From Candidatus Rokuibacteriota bacterium (lineage in GTDB: Bacteria; Methylomirabilota; Methylomirabilia; Rokubacteriales; CSP1-6), in assembly GCA_003220495.1 (NCBI GenBank), contig QHSP01000023.1:31437-95436 (forward strand): a stretch of 64,000 nucleotides of DNA, in the 5' to 3' direction. The translations under genes and the position numbers were made by a program. Positions 55,664 to 64,000 of this stretch are shown in pieces (position 1 is the stretch's first letter; each line of letters opens with the position of its first letter). The notes beneath the pieces were generated by a model. It searched no databases. It saw only the letters and a program-made list of their open reading frames with translations, and was not told the origin of the DNA.

Positions 55664-55810
55664 CTACCGTCGTCCAGCGGCTCGATCCAGCTGGGCGAGC
55701 GCGACAGCCGCCTCGACGGCGATCTCGGCCTGCTCGAGGTTCTGGATGAGCGTCAGCTCCGCGACCCTGACCTGAGCGCTCGCGGCGCCCAGGTTCGCCT
55801 TCGCTTCCTC
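55664..55810 (-). pseudogene. Remnant of a tolC 3' end with internal deletion
   Basis: Translates EEAKANLGAASAQVRVAELTLIQNLEQAEIAVE/AAVALAQLDRAAGRR*, matching the TolC C-terminus; 34 nt identical to 50688-50721; no start codon. Confidence 0.8.
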
Positions 55811-55819
55811 GCGTTGCGG

Positions 55820-56743
55820 CTACTCGGGAGCGAGCACGCGCTCGGCGAAGAGCTCCATCATGCCGGTGGCGGGGAAATCGGCGAACCCGAGCATCAGGTC
55901 GGTGACGCCGGCCGCCGCGTACTCCGCGATGCGCGCTCGCACGGCGTCGACGGTGCCGATCAGCGCCGTGGCGAGCAGCGCGTCGTCCGCCTCGATCCCG
56001 CGCGCCGCGCAGAACCGCCGGAGCGACTCGTCCGCCTCGGCATCGGTGAGTCCGAGGATGACGTCGAGCTCGACCGAGCGGCGGTAGTCCCACCACGGGC
56101 GTCCCACCTCCTCGAGCAGGGTCCGGAGCCGGCTCCAGCGCGCGCCGAACGACGACGGCGTCAGGTACGAGGCCTCCCACCCCGACGCGCGGCGGGCGGC
56201 GACGCCGAGCGCCCCTGGCCCCATCGCGGCGAGCCAGACCGGAGGTCCCGGCTTCTGAATCGGCGGCGGCTCGAGCCGGGCGCCGCGGAGCGTATAGAAC
56301 CGGCCGTCGTAGTCGACGGCCTCGCCGGTCCACAGCCGCTCGAGGATCTCGATCGTCTCGGCGACGAGCGCGACACGCGTCGGCGCGTCGGGATAGGGGA
56401 TCGCGTGGCTCCGCCACGCGGCCGCCGTCGTCGAGTCCTCGGCGCCCACGGCGAGCCGCAGATCGAGCCGGCCGCCGGAGAGATGATCGACGGTGACCGC
56501 GCGCTTGGCGAGCCATGACGGATGATGAGACGACGGGTCGAAGCAGTACGTTACGGCCGGGCCGAGGCGGGCGCGCCGCGTGAGGCCGGCGAGCGCGCCG
56601 AGCATCGTCCAGCCGTCGTGGGTCCAGCCCCAGAGGCCGTCCCCGTAAGTGATGCGCGCGTACCCGAGATCGTCGGCGGCTCGCCAGGAGCGTCGGAGCG
56701 CGACGACGTCGGTCCCCCACGTCTGCACGCCGAACGAGATCAC
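55820..56743 (-). CDS. LLM-class flavin/F420-dependent oxidoreductase
   Basis: ADDLGY, DGWTMLGALA, LAKRAVTVDHLSGGRL, PPPIQKPGPPVW. Confidence 0.85.
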   Translation of the reverse strand: MISFGVQTWGTDVVALRRSWRAADDLGYARITYGDGLWGWTHDGWTMLGALAGLTRRARLGPAVTYCFDPSSHHPSWLAKRAVTVDHLSGGRLDLRLAVGAEDSTTAAAWRSHAIPYPDAPTRVALVAETIEILERLWTGEAVDYDGRFYTLRGARLEPPPIQKPGPPVWLAAMGPGALGVAARRASGWEASYLTPSSFGARWSRLRTLLEEVGRPWWDYRRSVELDVILGLTDAEADESLRRFCAARGIEADDALLATALIGTVDAVRARIAEYAAAGVTDLMLGFADFPATGMMELFAERVLAPE

Positions 56744-56750
56744 GAACCGG

Positions 56751-56810
56751 AGGATCGCCGACGCCTCCGGGGGAGTCAAGATTGACGCGCCGCGCCCCCG
56801 ACGGTAGAGT
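56751..56810. promoter_or_regulatory. Back-to-back sigma70 promoters
   Basis: Plus strand: TTGACG-17-TAGAGT-8-ATG; minus strand: TTGACT-17-GATCCT-7-GTG. Confidence 0.65.
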
Positions 56811-56818
56811 GCGCGGCG

Positions 56819-57556
56819 ATGCGCGTCCGCTCGCTGGTCGTCGTTGCCGTCGTTCTCGCGGCCGTCGCCGGGGCGCGGGCCCAGACCCCCGTCGAGGCGG
56901 CGCGCGCCCTGGTGGCCCGGTATCACGAGGACCTCGCGGGGCTCGACCGCGCGCGCGATCTTCTCCAGGCGGCGCTCGCCACGGATCGGAAGGTCGACAC
57001 GATGGTCATGCTCTCGTACGTCCAGTTCCTCGTCGGCGACGTTCGGGCCACCACCGCCGAGGAGAAGCTCGCCGCCTACGACCGCGGCCGCGAGATCGGC
57101 CGGCGCGCGGTCGAGCTCGCGCCGAAGAGCCACGACGCGCACCTCTGGTACGCAATCAACACGGCGCGCTGGGGCGAGACCAAGGGCGTGCTCCGGTCGC
57201 TGTTCCTCCTGCCCACGATTCGCGAAGAGCTCGACACGTTGCTCGCGCTCGATCCGCGCTCGGTCCGCGCCCACATCCTGGCCGGCAACGTGCTCCTGGA
57301 GGTGCCGGGATTCGCGGGCGGCGATCGCGCGAAGGCCGAGGAGCACTTCAAAAAGGCGCTCGCGATCGATCCGCGCTTCACCAATGCCCGGGTCGACCTC
57401 GCGCGCGTCTACATCGCCGACGCGCGCTATGCCGAGGCTCGTCGCGAGCTGCAGCGAGTCGTCAACGAAACCAGTCCGTCGGTCGTCGCCGACTGGACCG
57501 TGAAGGACGCGCCACGCGCCAGAAAGCTTCTCGAGTCCATCAAGGACCGCACGTAG
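56819..57556 (+). CDS. Secreted tetratricopeptide repeat protein
   Basis: Signal peptide ending ARA; TPR-like units (AVELAP, LALDP, ALAIDP). Confidence 0.8.
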   Translation: MRVRSLVVVAVVLAAVAGARAQTPVEAARALVARYHEDLAGLDRARDLLQAALATDRKVDTMVMLSYVQFLVGDVRATTAEEKLAAYDRGREIGRRAVELAPKSHDAHLWYAINTARWGETKGVLRSLFLLPTIREELDTLLALDPRSVRAHILAGNVLLEVPGFAGGDRAKAEEHFKKALAIDPRFTNARVDLARVYIADARYAEARRELQRVVNETSPSVVADWTVKDAPRARKLLESIKDRT

Positions 57557-57567
57557 CGATCGGCGTC

Positions 57568-58200
57568 GTGATCCGCCGGCTCCAGCGGAATGCGCCGCGC
57601 TGGAACCCGACCGCGCTGGCGGTGCTCGCGGAGCGCGACCGCGACCCGTTCCGCGTCCTCGTGGCCTGCATCCTCTCGCTGCGCACCCAGGACACGACGA
57701 CCGGGCCGGCGTCGGACCGCCTGTTCGCCGTGGCCGCGACTCCGGAGGCCATGCTGAAGCTGACGCCGCGGCGAATCGCGCGCCTGATCTATCCCGTCGG
57801 CTTCTACCGCACGAAGGCGCGGGTCATCCTCGGCATCTGCCGGGATCTCCTCGAGCGCTTTGGTGGCCGCGTGCCGGACACGATCGACGAGCTCCTCACC
57901 CTCAACGGCGTGGGGCGGAAGACGGCTAACCTCGTCGTGACGATGGGCTACGGCAAGCCTGGAATCTGCGTCGACACGCACGTGCACCGGATCTCGAATC
58001 GGCTCGGCTACGTGAAGACCCGGAGCCCCGAAGAGACCGAGATGGCGCTCCGCGGAAAGCTCCCCCGGCGCTACTGGATCGGCTACAACGACCTCCTCGT
58101 CTCCTTCGGCCAGAACATCTGCGTCCCGATCTCCCCCCGCTGCTCCCTCTGCCCCGTCACGACCCTCTGCCCCCGAATCGGCGTCACCACCACCCGCTGA
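57568..58200 (+). CDS. nth: Endonuclease III (start uncertain)
   Basis: ILSLRTQD, LNGVGRKTAN HhH, VDTHVHRI, C-x6-C-x2-C-x5-C Fe-S motif. Confidence 0.93.
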   Translation: MIRRLQRNAPRWNPTALAVLAERDRDPFRVLVACILSLRTQDTTTGPASDRLFAVAATPEAMLKLTPRRIARLIYPVGFYRTKARVILGICRDLLERFGGRVPDTIDELLTLNGVGRKTANLVVTMGYGKPGICVDTHVHRISNRLGYVKTRSPEETEMALRGKLPRRYWIGYNDLLVSFGQNICVPISPRCSLCPVTTLCPRIGVTTTR

Positions 58201-58352
58201 AGAAGCACGACGACGCGCGACTGGGCAACGCGAGCTCAAGCGCCGCCTGACCGAAGCGAGGTCAACCAGCTCCGAAAGCGCGGCGGGAGAAGACGCAGAT
58301 ATTCGACATCCGTCGACGCGTCCGAGGCTTGCGGCTACCGAGCCCGGCCGCC

Positions 58353-58477
58353 AGCGCGGGGCGGACGGGGAGGGGGACAGGCGAAGTGGGACCCCCTCGT
58401 CCCGCCCGCAGCGCGAAGCGCTGCGAATCGGGCGAGCGGGTGACGCAGCCTGTCCCCCTCCCCGTCCGCCCCACGCT
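58353..58477. repeat. Structured palindromic intergenic element, copy 1
   Basis: 30-bp outer inverted repeat with one mismatch, enclosing a 65-nt core shared with 61927-61990. Confidence 0.85.
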
Positions 58478-59348
58478 AGCGACCGAGCCGACGCCGCAGC
58501 CGACGAAGCACGGCAAGGTTCCGGAGATCAGCAGCAGGCTCCGGCTCCTTAGGAGTCTCCAACACCTTGGGCACGCGAGCGAAGCGACGGTCGTTGAGCA
58601 GAAGTCGGAACGGAACAAGCCCGAGAAGCCCGCGGCCGATGTTCTCGTGACGGTCGAGACCCGAGCCGAGCGGAGCCTTTGCGTCGTTCAGGTGAAACGC
58701 GAGCACCCGGCAGCGCCCCACGGTTGCCTCGCACTCCGCCATCGCGCGACGGTAGCCGGCCCCGGTGCGGAGATCGTAGCCGGCGGCGAACAGATGGCAC
58801 GTGTCCAGGCAAACGCCGATCCGCTCGGGCCGGGCGGCGCGCTCGAGCAAGGTGGCCAGCTCGCCGAATGTCCGGCCGATCGTGTTCCCGGCGCCGGCCG
58901 TGTTCTCGAGCGCTATCTTGACCCGATAGCCCGCGGTCCGTGCGAGCGACTCGTCGAGCGCGGCCGTGACCCGGCCGATCCCCGCCTCGAGTCCGGCGCC
59001 CATGTGCGAGCCGGGATGGATGACCACGCATGAGAGGCCGAGTGCCTCGGCGCGCTCGAGCTCGTCCGTGAACGCGGCCACCGCCTGCGACCACAGAGCG
59101 GGGTCGGGATTGCCCAGATTGATGAGGTAGCTCGAGTGCGCGAAGACGTGCCGGATGGCGGTCGCCCGGCGAGCGGCGCCGAACGCGCGGACCTCGTCCG
59201 CCACGAGGGGCTTCGCCGCCCACTGCCGCTGGTTTTTCAGGAAGATCTGGACCGCGCCGCAGCCGACTTCGCGGCCGCGTTCGAGGGCGAGATGCAGGCC
59301 ACCCGCGATCGACATGTGCGCGCCGATCTCGTCGCGACGGGGAGTCAT
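58476..59348 (-). CDS. nfo: Endonuclease IV
   Basis: IGAHMSIAGG, HSSYLINL, HPGSH, ENTAG, DTCHLFAAGYD, HLND, DRHE, LETP. Confidence 0.95.
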   Translation of the reverse strand: MTPRRDEIGAHMSIAGGLHLALERGREVGCGAVQIFLKNQRQWAAKPLVADEVRAFGAARRATAIRHVFAHSSYLINLGNPDPALWSQAVAAFTDELERAEALGLSCVVIHPGSHMGAGLEAGIGRVTAALDESLARTAGYRVKIALENTAGAGNTIGRTFGELATLLERAARPERIGVCLDTCHLFAAGYDLRTGAGYRRAMAECEATVGRCRVLAFHLNDAKAPLGSGLDRHENIGRGLLGLVPFRLLLNDRRFARVPKVLETPKEPEPAADLRNLAVLRRLRRRLGR

Positions 59349-59382
59349 GGCGGCCACGATAGCACTCTGTTATCCTGCGCCA

Positions 59383-60357
59383 ATGAAACCCTTCACGATC
59401 CCCTCGGCGTACACGACGACGTTTACCCTCGAGTACGGGGTCTCCGAAGCCGAGATGCGGCGGCTCTACGAAAACGCCAAACGAGACCAGTGGAACGCCT
59501 CACGGGACATCCCGTGGACGGACGCGTTCCCGTCCGACGGGCGCGTGATCGCGGACGAGCTGATCGACATCTACGGGAGCCCGCTCTGGGAGAGTCTCCC
59601 GGAAGCCGACAAGGTCGCGCTGAACCGCCGCATCGCCGCCTGGCGACTGTCGGTGCTGATGCACGGAGAGCAGGGCGCGCTGCTGGCCTGCAGCCAGATG
59701 GTGGACATCGTGCAGGGCGCGGACCAGAAGTTCTTCCAGGCCACTCAGGTGCTGGACGAGGCGCGCCACAACGAGGTCCTCAGCCGCTACCTCGCCGACC
59801 GCCTCGACGGCCTCACCTATCCGATGCCGGTGAACGAGAAGGACCTCTTCGACTCGATCCTTTCGGAGAGCCGCTGGTACCTCAAGACGATCGCGCTGCA
59901 GCTCGTGGCGGAGACCTTCGCAGTCGCCCTGTTCAAGATGATGAGCGAGAGCGCACGCGATCCGGTCCTCGGCACCATCTGCAAGCGCATCCTCCAGGAC
60001 GAGTCGCGCCACATGGGATTCGGGATGCTGGCGCTGCCCCGCGTCGTGAACGAGGCGTCGGAGGCCGAGCGGCGAGAGCTCGAGGACTACACCTGCTTCG
60101 CGCTCGAGAAGACCTTGATGGGATTTTTTCCGCTCGAGGCCTATCAGGACGTCGGCTTCAGCGGACAGCAGATCGACGAGGTCAAGCGCTATCGGCGCGA
60201 GACGGCCGCGGCCAACGACTACGCACCGTTCCGCAAGTACTTCAAGAAGGACATGCACGGCGCGATGGTGACGAACCTCGCCCGGCTGGGCCTTCTGACC
60301 GATCGCGTGCGGCCGCGCCTCGAGAAGCTCGGCGTCAGCCTGCCGGCGTCGAGCTGA
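59383..60357 (+). CDS. Ferritin-like diiron protein (AurF-like)
   Basis: GEQGAL...DEARH...AETFA...DESRH paired ExxH motifs. Confidence 0.85.
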   Translation: MKPFTIPSAYTTTFTLEYGVSEAEMRRLYENAKRDQWNASRDIPWTDAFPSDGRVIADELIDIYGSPLWESLPEADKVALNRRIAAWRLSVLMHGEQGALLACSQMVDIVQGADQKFFQATQVLDEARHNEVLSRYLADRLDGLTYPMPVNEKDLFDSILSESRWYLKTIALQLVAETFAVALFKMMSESARDPVLGTICKRILQDESRHMGFGMLALPRVVNEASEAERRELEDYTCFALEKTLMGFFPLEAYQDVGFSGQQIDEVKRYRRETAAANDYAPFRKYFKKDMHGAMVTNLARLGLLTDRVRPRLEKLGVSLPASS

Positions 60358-60808
60358 CCGGCGCGACCAGCTCGCCGAGCCGCCGGGTCCGATAGCGCCA
60401 CATCGCCGCGATCTGCCGGCGCACGAGCAGCGCGTGCGCGGCCCGTCCGAGCGGCCCGAGCGGCAGCCGATACGTGATCCGGTCCTCCACCCAGGTCCCG
60501 CCGCGCTCCTCGAGAAAGCGGTGGCGGTGCTCCCAGCGCGCGTACGGACCCCGCACCTGAACGTCGACGAATCGATAGGGCGGATCCCACTCGCGGATGA
60601 ACGCGCGCCAGCGGAGCGGGACGCCGAGCCAGGACATCCGGAGGTCGAGCACCGCGCCCGTCGAGAGCGCGCGCGGTCCGGCGACCACCTCGAGACGGAA
60701 CGACGGCGGCGTGACGAGCGTCAGGTGCTCGGCCGCGGCGAAGAACGCGAAGACGTCGGTGCGCGCCCTGGCGAGCCACACGCGCGACTCGAGGATGTAG
60801 TCGGCCAT
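60335..60808 (-). CDS. SRPBCC family protein
   Basis: VFAFF, VTPP, FVDVQVRGPYARWEHRHRF, YRLPLGPLG. Confidence 0.85.
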   Translation of the reverse strand: MADYILESRVWLARARTDVFAFFAAAEHLTLVTPPSFRLEVVAGPRALSTGAVLDLRMSWLGVPLRWRAFIREWDPPYRFVDVQVRGPYARWEHRHRFLEERGGTWVEDRITYRLPLGPLGRAAHALLVRRQIAAMWRYRTRRLGELVAPVSSTPAG

Positions 60809-60831
60809 GACGCGCGCGCTATCATAGGCAG

Positions 60832-61830
60832 GTGCCCGGAGCGAGTCAAACACGCGCCTACGCGACGCTCCTTCTGAGCGTGGCGCTCTGGGGCAGTTTT
60901 CCCGCCACCGCCAAGCTCGCGCTCGTCGACTTCTCGCCGTTCTTCCTCGCCGCAGTCCGCTGCACGGCCGCCTCGTGCTTTCTCCTCGTGCTGCTGGCGC
61001 GCTCGTCGAGCGACACGATCCGAGGGCTCGGACCGGGCGCCGCCGGGGTGTTTCTCGTGCTCGGCGCGGCCGGCATCTGGGGCTCGATGCAGTTCACCTA
61101 TCTCGCGATCTACAACACGACCGCGGGGAACGCGGTGATCCTCCAGGCGGCCACACCGGTGATCGTCGTGCTGATCGCGCGCTTCTACCTGGGCGAGCGG
61201 CTGCTCCGCGTCCAATGGCTCGGCGTCGCCGCCTCGGTGCTCGGCGTGCTCCTGGTCATCACCCGCGGGCCCTTCGCCGTGCTCGAGCCGGCGGAGCTGC
61301 ACTCGGGCGATTTCATCACCTTGCTCTCGCTCGGGAGCTGGGCCGTCTACACCGTCTACGGCAAGCGTGTGCTCGCCTCGTACTCTCCGCTGCTCGCGAC
61401 GACGGCCGCGTACGTCCTGGGCACGATGCTGGTCCTGCCGACCGCGGCGATCACCGCGCCGCTCTTCCCCGCCCCGCGCCTGGCGTCGCTCACGGCGTGG
61501 GCGGTCGTCTTCTATCAGGGTATTCTGGGCGCCGTCGCGCACATCTGGTGGTACGAGGCGGTGCTGGTGGTGGGGCCGAGTCAGGCCGCCATCTTCACGA
61601 ACCTCCAGCCGATCATCGGCATCGTGCTGGCCCCGCTCTTACTCGGCGAGCGCATCGGCATCTGGCACGTCGTTGGCACGCTCTTCGTGCTCGCGGGCGT
61701 CGGCCTCGCGACGCGTGTGTACGCGACCCAACCACTCGACGAGCCCGACCCAGCCGCCGAAACAAAACCAGCCCGCGAGGCAAGATCGAGCCACGACGCA
61801 CGGCCTGCCGATAACGAGAACCCGACCTAG
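60832..61830 (+). CDS. DMT/EamA family transporter
   Basis: 10 TM pattern, LWGSFP, LGERL, FTNLQP, LLGERI. Confidence 0.9.
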   Translation: MPGASQTRAYATLLLSVALWGSFPATAKLALVDFSPFFLAAVRCTAASCFLLVLLARSSSDTIRGLGPGAAGVFLVLGAAGIWGSMQFTYLAIYNTTAGNAVILQAATPVIVVLIARFYLGERLLRVQWLGVAASVLGVLLVITRGPFAVLEPAELHSGDFITLLSLGSWAVYTVYGKRVLASYSPLLATTAAYVLGTMLVLPTAAITAPLFPAPRLASLTAWAVVFYQGILGAVAHIWWYEAVLVVGPSQAAIFTNLQPIIGIVLAPLLLGERIGIWHVVGTLFVLAGVGLATRVYATQPLDEPDPAAETKPAREARSSHDARPADNENPT

Positions 61831-61885
61831 GAGCGAGGCAGAGAGCCGGACGGGACGCTGAGAGATTCGAACACCGCGATGGGGA

Positions 61886-62031
61886 GCACCGAATGGGAGC
61901 CGGGGCGGGCGGGGGACCCGATCAGCGAAGTGGGACCCCCTCGTCCCGCCGCAGCTCGAAGAGCTGCGATCCGGGCGAGTGGGTGACGGAGCCGATCGGG
62001 TCCCCCGCCCGCCCCGGCTCCCGTTCGGTGC
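61886..62031. repeat. Structured palindromic intergenic element, copy 2
   Basis: 41-bp outer inverted repeat with two mismatches, enclosing the same core as copy 1. Confidence 0.85.
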
Positions 62032-62035
62032 GTTT

Positions 62036-62506
62036 CTACGGCGAGAGCTTCTTGATCTCCGAGAGGATCTTGTCGGGCTCCGGCAACTCCCCTTTGCCAT
62101 ACCGCTCGACGAATCGGACCTTTCCTTCCTTGTCCACGATGAACGTCGCGCGCACGTTGGCGTTCCAGTCGGGCCAGTAGACGCCGTAGTCCTTGGACAC
62201 GGTACGGTGGATGTCCGAGAGCAGCGGGTAGTGGCTGATGCCGACCGATCGAGCCCAGTTGTCGTGGCTGAAGGGGCTATCCGTGCTGATACCCAGCACC
62301 TGGGTATTGGCCGCCTGAAAGTCGCTGATGCGCTTGTCGAAGGCAGGCATGCACGTGCTTCAGCCCGGCGTCCAGTCGAGCGGGTAGAACAGGATCACCA
62401 CGTTCTTGCCGCGGAACTCCGCGAGGCCGACCTCCTTGAGGCCGATCGTCCTGAGCGTGAAGTCGGGCGCTGTGTCGCCGACGTTGAGCACCTTGTTGTC
62501 GCTCAA
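62036..62506 (-). CDS. Selenocysteine-containing peroxiredoxin (AhpC/TSA family)
   Basis: TTG start overlapping the upstream TGA; VGDTAPDFTL...FYPLDWTPG-TGA-STCMPAF...VLGISTD...RATFIVDKEG continuous in one frame. Confidence 0.88.
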
Positions 62507-63432
62507 TCCGAGAACCCCCCTTTCGCGAACTTCCGCGGTGTGCGGTCGTCCATCTTAACACGCGGCACCGGCACTCGCGCCGGGGGCTTGCGCGTGGCGG
62601 CCCACGCGCGGTTTCGTCGGCTCTCCAGCGGCGTCACGTCGAGGCCCAGATGGGACGCGGCGGTCGCGACCCGATTCGTTTCCCAGAGACGCGCGAATCG
62701 CTCGGCGAATCCGGCGTCGCGGAGCGCGTGGTGATCCATGATGACCTTGCAGCCCGTGGCGTCCATGACGCGGACGAGCTGGTCGATCGCGCGCTCGATC
62801 GCGTCGCGGCCGACGTCGCGCTCGAGGTACGACACCGGTCCGGACACGTAGAGGAGCGTCGGCCGCTGCTGGATGAGGTAGGCGGCGGCGACCGTGGAGG
62901 CCGGCCCCTGGAGGTCCGAGGCGAACACGAACCGCTCACGCTCGGCCAGATCGACGATCGTCAAGGCCACGATCGAGCCGAAGGGCGTTCCGTCGACGCC
63001 GTGCGGCAGCGGAGACGACACGACGAGCTCCAGATCCGCCTCGCGGCGCCTGGCGCCGTCCGCCCTCTCGACGCGCGCCTGGCCGTCCAGCGCCTTCCAG
63101 AGCGCTTCGCCTCGTTGCGCCTGCTTGCCGCTGATCATCCGCCGGGGATCCTTGGCGAGCACGATCCGGCCCGCGTACGACGCGGGATCCGACCGGAAGT
63201 GGTCCTCGTGGTAGTGACTCACGAAGACGAAGCTCGAGCGTGCCGCGTAGGCCGAGATGCGATCGTTCGCCCGGCGCAGAGCTTCCCACTCGTCTTCGGT
63301 CGGGGGCAACCCGAAGCGCGCGGGCGCCAGGGTCGCGCCGGGGTCGATGAGGATGCCTGTGCGCCCGACTTCGACGTACGTCGCCATCGACCGCACCCCG
63401 AGAGACTCGGCGGCCAGCGGAATGACCTTCAT
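62503..63432 (-). CDS. Metallo-beta-lactamase fold protein, UPF0282-like
   Basis: AAESLGVRSMAT, IDPG, RFGLPP, SHYHEDH, FASDLQGP, DHHALRD. Confidence 0.8.
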   Translation of the reverse strand: MKVIPLAAESLGVRSMATYVEVGRTGILIDPGATLAPARFGLPPTEDEWEALRRANDRISAYAARSSFVFVSHYHEDHFRSDPASYAGRIVLAKDPRRMISGKQAQRGEALWKALDGQARVERADGARRREADLELVVSSPLPHGVDGTPFGSIVALTIVDLAERERFVFASDLQGPASTVAAAYLIQQRPTLLYVSGPVSYLERDVGRDAIERAIDQLVRVMDATGCKVIMDHHALRDAGFAERFARLWETNRVATAASHLGLDVTPLESRRNRAWAATRKPPARVPVPRVKMDDRTPRKFAKGGFSD

Positions 63433-63448
63433 GGCTTACCGGCTCTCG

Positions 63449-64000
63449 CTAGATGCAGCGGCCGCCGTCGACTTCGACGCACGTGCCCGTGATCATCGCC
63501 GCGTCGTCGGAGGCGAGAAACACGGCGGTGCGCGCCAGGTCCTCCGGCTGGTTGAGTCGGCCGAGCGGGACCGTGGCGACGTAGCGGGCGCGGCCTTCGT
63601 CGTCCACCACGCGCTTGCCCATGAACGCGGGAAGCATCGGTGTCTCGGTGGCGACCGGCGCGATCGAGACCACCCGGACGCCATGGCTCGCCGCCTCGAG
63701 CGCCAGGCTCTTGGTCAAGGTGACGACGGCTCCCTTCGAGGCCGCGTACGCCTGCACGCCGGGTCGGGGTCTGATGGCCGCGGTCGACGCCGTGATCAGG
63801 AATACTCCGCGCCGCTGCTTCTTCATCGGCGGCATCGCGTACTTCGCGCCCAGCCAGACGCCCTTCACGTTGACCGCCATGATCCGATCGAAGAGCGCCT
63901 CGTCCACGTCCTCGACGTTCTCGGGCGACTGCGGAACGCCCGCGTTGGCGAAGAAGACGTCGAGCCGGCCCCACCCGGTGAGCGCCTTCTCGACGATCAT
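63449..64000 (-). CDS. SDR family oxidoreductase; 5' truncated by window
   Basis: ANAG, YAASK, PLGRL, ITG...VDGG. Confidence 0.9.
   Translation of the reverse strand: MIVEKALTGWGRLDVFFANAGVPQSPENVEDVDEALFDRIMAVNVKGVWLGAKYAMPPMKKQRRGVFLITASTAAIRPRPGVQAYAASKGAVVTLTKSLALEAASHGVRVVSIAPVATETPMLPAFMGKRVVDDEGRARYVATVPLGRLNQPEDLARTAVFLASDDAAMITGTCVEVDGGRCI

Noticed and set aside
55820-55822. Pyrrolysine readthrough of the LLM TAG into the tolC fragment
   Set aside because: The LLM domain is complete at the stop, an in-frame arrangement has a one-in-three chance, and no pyl genes were seen.
58353-62031. Repeat copies as a CRISPR array or IS ends
   Set aside because: Only two copies 3.5 kb apart separated by ordinary genes; no cas gene or transposase; no clear target duplication.

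Overview
High-GC bacterial chromosomal window made up mostly of core genes. The diderm/LPS gene content and gene order suggest Candidatus Rokubacteria/Methylomirabilota, which is an inference. Left to right it holds: the 3' end of a Rieske oxygenase plus a lone HicB-fold gene; a sigma54-promoted glycan-type cluster (GH2-like/GT2 fusion, ABC exporter, methyltransferase, three tandem GT-B-like paralogs); a long minus-strand core block (dehydrogenase, UPF0182, ahcY, metK, PGI/PMI, GH57, rapZ, hpf, rpoN, lptBAC, kdsD, kdsA, pyrG, tRNA nucleotidyltransferase, xerD, murJ); rpsT; holA-lptE-leuS; uvrBC with an HNH gene; nrdJ with tandem NrdR boxes; a TolC-MacAB-type exporter; nth/nfo and stress genes. 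The most notable signals are: (1) a peroxiredoxin with an in-frame TGA at the peroxidatic position (selenoprotein); (2) two copies of a long structured intergenic hairpin element with compensatory changes; (3) conserved genes that lack a canonical start and appear to begin at ACG or other near-cognate codons; (4) an inverted, internally deleted tolC remnant; (5) many leaderless-type promoters; (6) the uncharacterised glycan cluster. No rRNA, tRNA, CRISPR array, transposase or prophage was seen. All product calls come from motif recognition by eye, not database searches.
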